The notes below the pieces were generated by a model, which searched no databases, was not told where the DNA came from, and saw only the letters and a list, made by a program, of their open reading frames with translations. Source: a virus (lineage: Duplodnaviria; Caudoviricetes). From it: a stretch of 56,226 nucleotides of DNA. Made by a program: the position numbers and the translations under genes. Positions 1 through 7,149 of the stretch are shown piece by piece. The DNA is taken from positions 1 to 56,226 of the IMG/VR virus record IMGVR_UViG_3300020409_000022; one strand, written 5' to 3'. How positions within the stretch are numbered: the first letter of the stretch is position 1; each line of letters begins with the position of its first letter.

Positions 1-6
1 ATCACC

Positions 7-82
7 TGTGACATTTTTGCAACAAAGACTGTGGTAATTATGCAACAGTTTTATACTCAAGGTTTCCTTGTTGCACATTTTT
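7..82. repeat. Short TGCAACA repeats at left end
   Basis: TGTG-N7-TGCAACA at 7-24 and 30-47; inverted copy TGTTGCA at 69-75. Confidence 0.55.
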
Positions 83-182
83 TAGTCATATTATATACAA
101 GGCATTTTAAAAAATCCCAGCACCTGCATAAAAATTAATCAAATACAATTATCTTATATTCATATTAGAAATTATCTAATAA

Positions 183-195
183 AATCAATGACTTA
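183..195 (+). promoter_or_regulatory. Candidate IHF-binding site
   Basis: AATCAA-TGAC-TTA matches WATCAA-N4-TTR, with AT-rich DNA upstream. Confidence 0.4.
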
Positions 196-326
196 CATAA
201 TATATTGTCAAATTGTTATAGGGTATGCGTGTGCCAGGTACCCGTATGTACGTTATATATATGGCATTTACACAAAATTGGGAAAATAGTTTCATATACC
301 AGAGTTCGCCCACTTACTTAAGATAC

Positions 327-349
327 AAAAAAAGCCCTTAAAAAGGGCT
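327..349 (-). terminator. Intrinsic terminator for ORF 384..599
   Basis: Minus strand hairpin AGCCCTT/AAGGGCT followed by a T-run. Confidence 0.7.
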
Positions 350-359
350 ATTGTAGAGA

Positions 360-372
360 AATCAATGGTTTA
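360..372 (+). promoter_or_regulatory. Second candidate IHF-binding site
   Basis: AATCAA-TGGT-TTA matches WATCAA-N4-TTR. Confidence 0.35.
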
Positions 373-383
373 AGGTCTTAAAC

Positions 384-599
384 TCAGCTTTTGCGTGTTT
401 TCTTTTTCTTGGAAGTATCTTTCTCTTGCTCTGCTTCACGTAGTTTTTGCATGAGTGCAAGAGTATTGCTATCGGGTTTCGCTTTTTGGGTAGTTTTTTT
501 GAGATTATATTCCCCTTTTTGAAGAATGACGGGGGATTTATAAGATTTTGTAAGGTATCGTTTAGGAATATTAGTTGTTTTTCTAAATATTTCTGCCAT
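384..599 (-). CDS. Small basic hypothetical protein (71 aa)
   Basis: ORF flanked by its own sigma70 promoter (669-697) and terminator (327-349). Confidence 0.65.
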   Translation of the reverse strand: MAEIFRKTTNIPKRYLTKSYKSPVILQKGEYNLKKTTQKAKPDSNTLALMQKLREAEQEKDTSKKKKTRKS

Positions 600-668
600 T
601 TTCTCTTAGTGTTGCTCTACTGTGTGTCTTGAAAAAGAAAAAAAGGAGAAAAAAAGAAAAACACTGAA

Positions 669-697
669 TTTATACCCTGTTTTTGCAATCTTGTCAA
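669..697 (-). promoter_or_regulatory. Sigma70-type promoter (leftward)
   Basis: Minus strand TTGACA (697-692), 17-nt spacer, TATAAA (674-669). Confidence 0.75.
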
Positions 698-736
698 GCC
701 CCTAAACAAAAATAAATTTTGCATACCAGTAATTCC

Positions 737-765
737 TTTCCAAAAATGCAATTATGTGGTATAAT
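737..765 (+). promoter_or_regulatory. Extended -10 promoter heading the + strand arm
   Basis: TTTCCA (737-742), 17-nt spacer, TG-G-TATAAT (757-765). Confidence 0.7.
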
Positions 766-774
766 ATATACAGA

Positions 775-996
775 ATGAGTGTCAAGGCAAAATTTAATTC
801 ATTATTAGAACAAATTTCTTATGAATATGAACGCTATGGGCGATTCAAAACGCATATTCCGAGCCATCATGTATATTACATACGTGCAGCTCTTAAAGAA
901 CGTACTGGGAAAGACTTCAGCGTTGAGGAAATAGAAAAGGCATTGATAGCTGAGGGTATGTCGCAGTATGTAGGGGAAAACCCTAACCTGCCATAA
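775..996 (+). CDS. Hypothetical protein, possibly DNA-binding; near-leaderless start
   Basis: The track start at 754 lies inside the promoter; in-frame ATG at 775 lies just after the expected transcription start. Confidence 0.65.
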   Translation: MSVKAKFNSLLEQISYEYERYGRFKTHIPSHHVYYIRAALKERTGKDFSVEEIEKALIAEGMSQYVGENPNLP

Positions 997-1050
997 AGAC
1001 CTGATACTACACTTATGCCTGCGGGGTTCGTTGTAGTTACTCATTTTATT

Positions 1051-1080
1051 GGGCGGAATTTTCAATGTCGGGTTCCGCCC
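1051..1080 (+). other. GC-rich hairpin in intergenic region
   Basis: GGGCGGAATTT-N8-GGGTTCCGCCC stem with G-U pairs on the + strand. Confidence 0.55.
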
Positions 1081-1100
1081 CCTTCACTTTGTGAGATAAA

Positions 1101-1313
1101 ATGTACGAATTATTTGTTTTGGCTTGTCTTGTAGGAAGCCCAGACATGTGTGTGACATTAAAAGATTTATATGGTCCACACCCAACACATGATAAGTGTT
1201 TAACAAGAGCATATGAAATAGCAGTTGGTATGCCAACACATATGCCACAGTATTTTCCTAAAAGCTATAAGTGTTTAGATATGGAAAATGAGGCAGATAA
1301 AGTAGGAACTTAA
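1101..1313 (+). CDS. Hypothetical Cys-containing protein with hydrophobic N-terminus
   Basis: 70-aa ORF abutting the next gene; four spaced Cys. Confidence 0.7.
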   Translation: MYELFVLACLVGSPDMCVTLKDLYGPHPTHDKCLTRAYEIAVGMPTHMPQYFPKSYKCLDMENEADKVGT

Positions 1314-1604
1314 ATGACGAGAAAACGTGGCAGCATGAAAGGCTTCACTATTAAAAGTGGAGACAAACGCCCTACTAAAAAAGGGGCGGGTATGACTGCT
1401 AAAGGAGTTGCTAAATACAGAAGGCAAAACCCAGGGAGTAAACTAAAAACAGCAGTAACTGGAAAAGTTAAACCTGGAAGTAAAGCGGCAAAAAGAAGAA
1501 AGTCATTTTGTGCTAGAAGTGCAGGACAAATGAAGAAGTTTCCAAAAGCAGCTAAGAATCCTAATAGCAGATTGAGACAAGCGAGGCGAAGATGGAAATG
1601 TTAA
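1314..1604 (+). CDS. Small highly basic phage protein (DUF6321-like)
   Basis: RRKSFCARSAGQ...PNSRLRQARRRWKC motif recalled from marine phage proteins. Confidence 0.7.
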   Translation: MTRKRGSMKGFTIKSGDKRPTKKGAGMTAKGVAKYRRQNPGSKLKTAVTGKVKPGSKAAKRRKSFCARSAGQMKKFPKAAKNPNSRLRQARRRWKC

Positions 1605-1719
1605 TTATAGATATGTACTTGAAAATATCAGGATTTTTCGGTAGAATATCTAATTACTTTTATTTAAAGCATACAAGAAAGCTAAGACGTAGACAAATGA
1701 GACTAGGGTTGCGAAAATA

Positions 1720-2115
1720 ATGTTAACACAATTAATAGGACCAATTACATCTTTAGTTGGTAAATTTATTGAAGATAAGGATGCTAAAAACAAACTAAGC
1801 CATGAAATAGCGACTATGGCTGAAAAGCATGCACAGGAATTAGCCAAATCTCAAATAGAAGTAAATAAAGCAGAAGCACAATCAAGACATTGGTTTGTTG
1901 CAAGTTGGAGACCCTTTATTGGGTGGGTTTGCGGTATTGCTCTCGCATGGCATTTTGTTTTAGCCCCCTTTGTTATATTTTTTTCTGCTTTGTTTGGTAT
2001 TACCATGCCTCAGTTACCAGAGTTTGATATGGGCTCTTTGATGACTGTTTTAATGGGGATGCTCGGATTGGGTGGACTCCGTACTTTTGAAAAGTATAAA
2101 AAAATAACAAAGTGA
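1720..2115 (+). CDS. Holin, 3TM / GTA-type family
   Basis: WRPFIGWVCG motif, hydrophobic helices, LGLGGLRTFEK C-terminus; directly upstream of lysozyme. Confidence 0.85.
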   Translation: MLTQLIGPITSLVGKFIEDKDAKNKLSHEIATMAEKHAQELAKSQIEVNKAEAQSRHWFVASWRPFIGWVCGIALAWHFVLAPFVIFFSALFGITMPQLPEFDMGSLMTVLMGMLGLGGLRTFEKYKKITK

Positions 2116-2627
2116 CGCAAGATTTATTCAGACACTTAAGAATACATACTGCCACAAAGGATAAATTAAAAATGAATATAGATATATTAAGAGAAGAAAT
2201 AGAAGCTGATGAGGGGTGCGAGTATAAAATATATCGTTGTTCCGAAGGGTATCCGACAGCAGGTATAGGACATTTGTTAACAGAATGGGATGAAGAATAT
2301 TATGATAAACCTATTGGCACACCAGTTTCTGAAGAACAAGTGCAAGAATGGTTTGTAAATGATGTTCAAGTTGCCATAGGAGATTGCCAAGATATATTTA
2401 ATAGTTTTGATAAATTACCAGAGGACTTACAACACGTATTTGTAAATATGGCTTTTCAGTTGGGAGGTCCTCGCTTACGTAAATTTAGAAAAATGATTGC
2501 TGCCGTAGAGATGGAAGACTATAATGAAGTTGCGGCTCAAATGGAAGACAGTCGTTGGTTCAAACAAACTACAAAAAGAGCCCAACGATTAATAGACAGA
2601 GTTATTAAATTAGGAGTGCCCATATAA
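2112..2627 (+). CDS. Endolysin, T4-lysozyme-like (GH24); alternative start 2172
   Basis: DEG-x5-YRCSEGYPTAGIGHL catalytic region; MAFQLG...FRKM; SRWFKQT..RA. Confidence 0.88.
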   Translation: MTQDLFRHLRIHTATKDKLKMNIDILREEIEADEGCEYKIYRCSEGYPTAGIGHLLTEWDEEYYDKPIGTPVSEEQVQEWFVNDVQVAIGDCQDIFNSFDKLPEDLQHVFVNMAFQLGGPRLRKFRKMIAAVEMEDYNEVAAQMEDSRWFKQTTKRAQRLIDRVIKLGVPI

Positions 2628-3142
2628 TGTCAATAGAAATTGTACCTATAGGAAAGGTTAAAAAGAGTCCTACAGCAAAAGTAAAAAAAGAGAAGCTACC
2701 TAAAATAGTAAAAGGTACAACTTCTCCATTGGATAAAATTGAAGGTAGAAGAAGAAAAGAAGCTAAAGATAGCAACCTTAAATTTCTTAATTTTATGACA
2801 AAGCAGAATCCTAAGTATTTTGAAAGTGTTAAGAAAGCAAAAGAACTGTCTGGACAAGCAGAAGCTGAAAGACAAGGTCGTGGGGCTAGTATTCCTGATG
2901 ATGCTGGAAGATTTGCTAAGAAAAGAGGGGGTATGAATACGCCTAAAAAATCAATCATGGATTTGCCTACAAATGTGCCAAGGTTAAGAGACGGGGCTTT
3001 ACTTGGAGACCTTAACAAAGATGGAAAGATGTCTGGTTACGAAACAGCTAGACAAAATGCTATAGAAAAAAGTATGGCAGAGCAAAAGAGCAAAAAAGCT
3101 AAAAGTGGTTTAGCTATAGGTATAAGTAAAATAAAATCGTAA
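2627..3142 (+). CDS. Basic hypothetical protein with DxNxDG motif
   Basis: GDLNKDGKMSGYE calcium-loop-like motif; Lys-rich; coupled by TAATG overlaps. Confidence 0.7.
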   Translation: MSIEIVPIGKVKKSPTAKVKKEKLPKIVKGTTSPLDKIEGRRRKEAKDSNLKFLNFMTKQNPKYFESVKKAKELSGQAEAERQGRGASIPDDAGRFAKKRGGMNTPKKSIMDLPTNVPRLRDGALLGDLNKDGKMSGYETARQNAIEKSMAEQKSKKAKSGLAIGISKIKS

Positions 3143-3273
3143 TGGTAGCTAAAGTTAGCACAATAAAAAGAAAGATAAAGTCTGGAGAAAAAATGGGCTT
3201 TTCTGAAAGAGCTAGAGCAGTAGCAAAAGGATTATTGCCTAGCAAAGCAAAGAAAAAGAAAAAGAAATCATAA
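3142..3273 (+). CDS. 43-aa basic peptide (not in ORF track)
   Basis: MVAKVSTIKRKIKSGEKMGFSERARAVAKGLLPSKAKKKKKKS; TAATG overlaps at both ends. Confidence 0.7.
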   Translation: MVAKVSTIKRKIKSGEKMGFSERARAVAKGLLPSKAKKKKKKS

Positions 3274-3461
3274 TGCCACATTATACTAAACCATTAAAAA
3301 AAGTTATAGGCAAACTAAAGAAAGCATCTAAAGCTCATGCAGGACAAGCTAAAACTTTAACAAAAATATTAAAAGACCAAAAACAAAGGTACACTACAAA
3401 ACATGTCAAAACCACGAATACCAAGAAAAAAGGGACAACCCGCAGGGTCAAAAAAACATAG
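3273..3461 (+). CDS. Small basic hypothetical protein
   Basis: 62-aa Lys-rich ORF with LKKASKAHAGQAK motif; coupled start. Confidence 0.65.
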   Translation: MPHYTKPLKKVIGKLKKASKAHAGQAKTLTKILKDQKQRYTTKHVKTTNTKKKGTTRRVKKT

Positions 3462-3720
3462 CGATTTATATACAGACGAAAATCCAAAGGGAACGATTAA
3501 GGGATTAAAGTTTGTAACAACTAAAGATGCTGAAGCATCAGTAAGGAAAATAAAGAACTCTGGTAGGTCGCATGCTCATAAAATACAAGCAGCTATTGCA
3601 ATGGAACAAAGAGCAAGAGTTGCTAAAAAATTAGGAGCAGCCGCTGTTTATCGTAAATTTATAAATGCGATGAAAGCAAAGACCAAGGAGAAAAAAAAGA
3701 GTGGCACATCTCGTAAGTAA
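3403..3720 (+). CDS. Small basic conserved phage protein
   Basis: SDLYTDENPKGTIKGLKF...MEQRARV motif. Confidence 0.7.
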   Translation: MSKPRIPRKKGQPAGSKKHSDLYTDENPKGTIKGLKFVTTKDAEASVRKIKNSGRSHAHKIQAAIAMEQRARVAKKLGAAAVYRKFINAMKAKTKEKKKSGTSRK

Positions 3721-4366
3721 TATACCTTTTTTTAAGGTATGGGTTCGTAGAGAATTTACAGCGAACTTTCAGCGATACCATGGAGAGTTTTTACATGGTA
3801 TGGCAGTAGCAGTAACGTCAATGCCAGGAAGAAGTTTGAGTTTTCAAATTATCTTTACTGGTTATGAAGAGGATGAAAATGTACACGGAGGAGCTATGTG
3901 GGCTAGAATGCCTATCACAGCTTTAGTTGGAGATACTCCGTTTGATGAATGGGCTGAGCCAATGCCTAATTATTTGGCACAACCATGGGATTGTTCATCA
4001 CATAATCATTCGGTGTTTGTAATAGAAAGAGCACATTCAACACCATGGATTGCTAAAGTAGACGACCAGTTTTATCCAGCAAAGTATTATTTTACTGTGG
4101 ATTATACGGATAATGAAGTGGCTGACGACCCAGCCCAACATAAACAAAGTCACGTACTAGAATTATTAGATGCGGACAAATGGACAGGCAACATTGTTGC
4201 TTTACCAAACAATCGTGTCAGGGTTACCAACCCAGCATGGTTTGTAACTGGAGAGGGTGCTCCAGATTTTGTACCTAGTCAATGGGTATATAACTCTGAA
4301 ATTAAACATGAGTATATTATGGATAATCAAAGAGTGTTTAATAATTTATATTCTGAGGAGAAATAA
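3701..4366 (+). CDS. Conserved hypothetical globular protein (221 aa)
   Basis: AAGGAG SD before GTG; motifs GGAMWARMPI, QPWDC, HKQSH, ALPNNR. Confidence 0.8.
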   Translation: MAHLVSNIPFFKVWVRREFTANFQRYHGEFLHGMAVAVTSMPGRSLSFQIIFTGYEEDENVHGGAMWARMPITALVGDTPFDEWAEPMPNYLAQPWDCSSHNHSVFVIERAHSTPWIAKVDDQFYPAKYYFTVDYTDNEVADDPAQHKQSHVLELLDADKWTGNIVALPNNRVRVTNPAWFVTGEGAPDFVPSQWVYNSEIKHEYIMDNQRVFNNLYSEEK

Positions 4367-4368
4367 AT

Positions 4369-4575
4369 ATGGCAATGCATGGTAAAAGAGCTAAAGGTAT
4401 GCAAAGAGGCGGAGTAATGAAAGCCAAAGGAATGCAAAGAGGCGGAATGAAAGCTAAAGGGTATGCAAGAGGCGGCATGAAAGCTAAAGGCGGTGCAAAA
4501 GGAGGAGCAGGTATGACTCTTGCTTCAATTAGAGCAATGGCTAAAGCTAAAGGCTATAAATTAGTTAAAGTATAA
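4369..4575 (+). CDS. Basic peptide of tandem KAKG-(M/Y)xRGG repeats
   Basis: GAGGAG SD; MQRGG twice, YARGG, AKGG twice. Confidence 0.75.
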   Translation: MAMHGKRAKGMQRGGVMKAKGMQRGGMKAKGYARGGMKAKGGAKGGAGMTLASIRAMAKAKGYKLVKV

Positions 4576-5021
4576 TGGCTAATAAAAAGCAGACTACTGG
4601 GTCCTTTTTTGGCGACTTGATGAAAGCTATCAAAGCAGGTGGTTCTAGTAAGTTATTAAAGAACTACAAAATTAAGAAAAATGATACAGCGAGTACAATC
4701 GCCAAAAAAGAAGGCATTACGTTAAGACAGTTGATGTCTTTGAATCCAGGGTATAGAACAGGGCAATCAGGAACCCCTTCAAAAGGAACAGTTAAACAAA
4801 AGACTATGTCTGTTGGTAGCACTATTAAAATACCAGACCCTCAGACATTTAAAAATTTTAGACTAACCCCTGTTTCTGATAAATATAAACAAAGTATTAA
4901 AAAACCTGTTTATAAGACTATAAAGAAAAAAGAGTTCAAAGAGATGAATGAACCCTTGAAACGTAAAAGAGGTGCTGTTTCTATAGCTAAGAAAAAAGTT
5001 GTTAGAAGAAAGAAAAAGTAA
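4575..5021 (+). CDS. LysM-domain basic protein
   Basis: YKIKKNDTASTIAKKEGITLRQLMSLNP...VGSTIKIP fits the LysM consensus with a loop insertion. Confidence 0.72.
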   Translation: MANKKQTTGSFFGDLMKAIKAGGSSKLLKNYKIKKNDTASTIAKKEGITLRQLMSLNPGYRTGQSGTPSKGTVKQKTMSVGSTIKIPDPQTFKNFRLTPVSDKYKQSIKKPVYKTIKKKEFKEMNEPLKRKRGAVSIAKKKVVRRKKK

Positions 5022-5125
5022 TGACTGATAAGCGTTGTCCAACTTGTGAATGTTACGAGTGCAATCCTGAGGAATGCACTTGTGACTGTCATTGCAAGGA
5101 AGAAAACAAAAAAGATAATGATTGA
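5021..5125 (+). CDS. 34-aa Cys-rich metallothionein-like peptide (not in ORF track)
   Basis: MTDKRCPTCECYECNPEECTCDCHCKEENKKDND; TAATG-coupled start; overlaps next start. Confidence 0.65.
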   Translation: MTDKRCPTCECYECNPEECTCDCHCKEENKKDND

Positions 5126-5303
5126 GTTTTTACTTGTATTTATGATAGGCAACGAGATAACAAATAAAACACAAATTTTTTCAGATATAAATAAATGTAT
5201 TTATTTTGCTGAAAAACTAAACAAACAACCTAGTATTCCTACAGAGGATGGCAATAAAATAATAACTGCATATTGCAAACCCATACCAAAGAGAAGAAGA
5301 TAA
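5118..5303 (+). CDS. Hypothetical protein (61 aa)
   Basis: ATG at 5118 (MIEFLLVF) preferred over track start 5046; two Cys; loosely like 1101..1313 in layout. Confidence 0.65.
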   Translation: MIEFLLVFMIGNEITNKTQIFSDINKCIYFAEKLNKQPSIPTEDGNKIITAYCKPIPKRRR

Positions 5304-5788
5304 TGGACCCAGCAAGCATAGGTATAGCATTAACTGCGGCAAGTTCTGCTTTTAGTGCAATCAAAAAAGGTTTTCAAATGGGTCGTGAAATAGAGTCTAT
5401 GGGTAAAGATTTATCCCGTTGGATGGGAGCCATGAGTGATGTAGATAATGCAGAAAAGACCACAAAGAATCCTTCCGCTTTACAAAAATTATTTAAAGGA
5501 AAAGAATTAGAAGCTAGTGCTATAGAAGCATTCACAGCAAAGAAAAAATTAGAAGCTCAAAGACAAGAGCTTAAATCATTCATAAACTTTCATTACGGAG
5601 CTAACAGTTGGAATGAAATACTTAAAATGGAAGCTGAAATTAGACTACGTAGAAAACAAGAAATTTATGAGAGACAAGAGTTAATACGAAAAATATGGGA
5701 GGGCGTAGGTTGGGTTCTCTTATTTTGCACATTAGTAGGATTCGTATTTTTCCTTGCGTGGCTTTGGAAAGAAAAAAGAGGAGCATAA
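5303..5788 (+). CDS. Membrane-anchored coiled-coil protein
   Basis: Start MDPASIG by TAATG coupling; helical body; C-terminal transmembrane helix. Confidence 0.75.
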   Translation: MDPASIGIALTAASSAFSAIKKGFQMGREIESMGKDLSRWMGAMSDVDNAEKTTKNPSALQKLFKGKELEASAIEAFTAKKKLEAQRQELKSFINFHYGANSWNEILKMEAEIRLRRKQEIYERQELIRKIWEGVGWVLLFCTLVGFVFFLAWLWKEKRGA

Positions 5789-5790
5789 AC

Positions 5791-5958
5791 ATGGCAGCAA
5801 AAAAGAAAACTAAAAAAACTGGAGGGGCTAAACCAAAGAATCCTTCATTGTATGCTAGAGTAAAAGCAGAAGCAAAGCGTAAATTTAAGGTATATCCATC
5901 AGCATATGCAAATGCATGGCTAGTTAGAACATATAAGAAACGTGGTGGAACTTACTAA
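5791..5958 (+). CDS. Small basic protein (DUF5872-like N-terminal half)
   Basis: GAGGAG SD; PKNPSLYARVKAEAK...PSAYANAWLVRTYKKRGGTY. Confidence 0.7.
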   Translation: MAAKKKTKKTGGAKPKNPSLYARVKAEAKRKFKVYPSAYANAWLVRTYKKRGGTY

Positions 5959-6203
5959 TGGCTAAACCTAAAGGTGGCTTAACTAAATGGTTTAAAGAAG
6001 ATTGGCGTGATGTTAAGACAGGAAAAAAATGTGGTAGGTCAGGGAAAGAAAAAAAGTCAAGACCTTACCCTGCTTGTAGACCCGCAAAAGTAGCAGGTCG
6101 TATTAGTAAAGCAGAGGCAAGAAAAAAGACAGGACCTAAAGCTGTAAAATGGTCAGTGACCGCTTCTGGTAGGAAAAGAAAAACAACACGTAAAAGAAAA
6201 TGA
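5958..6203 (+). CDS. Small basic protein (DUF5872-like C-terminal half)
   Basis: GGLTKWFKEDWRDV..GKKCGR...YPACRP. Confidence 0.7.
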   Translation: MAKPKGGLTKWFKEDWRDVKTGKKCGRSGKEKKSRPYPACRPAKVAGRISKAEARKKTGPKAVKWSVTASGRKRKTTRKRK

Positions 6204-6454
6204 CATCACGTAATTATAAAAAAGAATACGACAGATATCATGCTAAGCCAAAGCAGAAAAAACGAAGAGCGTCACGGAATGCTGCTCGAACAATAATGGC
6301 TAAAAGAGGCTTAGTAAAAAAAGGTGATGGCAAAGATGTTCACCATAAAACAGGTAATCCTATGAATAATAAAAAATTATCTGTAAAAGCAAAAAGTAAA
6401 AATCGTTCATTTGCCAGAACGAAAACAGCAAGAAAGAAGAACCCTCGTGCATAA
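6200..6454 (+). CDS. Small basic HNH-like protein
   Basis: RNYKKEY...RNAAR...KGDGKDVHH...N...NRS; lies beside the terminase genes. Confidence 0.65.
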   Translation: MTSRNYKKEYDRYHAKPKQKKRRASRNAARTIMAKRGLVKKGDGKDVHHKTGNPMNNKKLSVKAKSKNRSFARTKTARKKNPRA

Positions 6455-6839
6455 AGAACTAACAGAACTACAAGCAAAATTCTTAGATGCATTATTTGGA
6501 CCTGCTAAAGGTAATCAAGCAAAAGCTATGAAAATAGCTGGATATTCTGAGAATACAAACCCTCACCATATTGTTAGCACCTTACGTTCTGAAATAATAG
6601 AACGTGCTGAATTAGAGATGGCTGCAAATGCCCCAAAAGCAGTTTTATCAATGGTAGGGATTATTGATGACCCGTCTGCTATTGGCAATAGAGAAAGACT
6701 TGCAGCGTCTCAACAAATATTAGATAGAGTTGGTTTATCAAAAGTTGATAAACTAAATGTAAGCACAGATAAACCTATGGGAGTATTTATACTTCCTGCA
6801 AAGACAGAAGATGATAGCACAGAAACTGAATCCGACTAA
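6447..6839 (+). CDS. terS: Terminase small subunit (putative; GTG start)
   Basis: LTELQAKFL...AMKIAGYS helix-turn-helix typical of TerS; position upstream of TerL. Confidence 0.7.
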   Translation: MHKELTELQAKFLDALFGPAKGNQAKAMKIAGYSENTNPHHIVSTLRSEIIERAELEMAANAPKAVLSMVGIIDDPSAIGNRERLAASQQILDRVGLSKVDKLNVSTDKPMGVFILPAKTEDDSTETESD

Positions 6840-7149
6840 TAGATATGCAACTCTAAAAGGTCCAACTATTCCATGGGGATATAAGGTAAGTAAAATAGAT
6901 GGACAGTTGTTAGAACCTGTAGACGAACAGTTAAAAGCCTTAGAGTTGGCAGAAGAATATTTAAAAGAGTCCTCGTATCCAGAAGTATCTAGATGGTTGA
7001 CAGAATATACAGGTCGTAAGATAACTCCAATGGGATTATGGAAACGAATAAAGACAGACAGAAGAGACAGAAGAAGATATGCTGAACAAAAATGCCGTGC
7101 CTCCAAGACCGAAGTTGAAGGCAACATCCAAGCAAAAGCCGCTAACTAA
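6811..7149 (+). CDS. Stand-alone recombinase-domain-like DNA-binding protein
   Basis: IPWGY...LEPVDEQLKALE...SYPEVSRWL resembles the serine-recombinase DNA-binding domain; no catalytic domain. Confidence 0.55.
   Translation: MIAQKLNPTNRYATLKGPTIPWGYKVSKIDGQLLEPVDEQLKALELAEEYLKESSYPEVSRWLTEYTGRKITPMGLWKRIKTDRRDRRRYAEQKCRASKTEVEGNIQAKAAN

Noticed and set aside
631-661. Purine-only tract containing AAGGAG
   Set aside because: No suitably spaced start codon follows; treated as low-complexity leader sequence
5046-5117. Track N-terminal extensions (5046, also 5273, 5695, 6411, 42436, 48372, 53653)
   Set aside because: They overlap better-supported genes or promoters; downstream starts have SD sites or stop/start coupling
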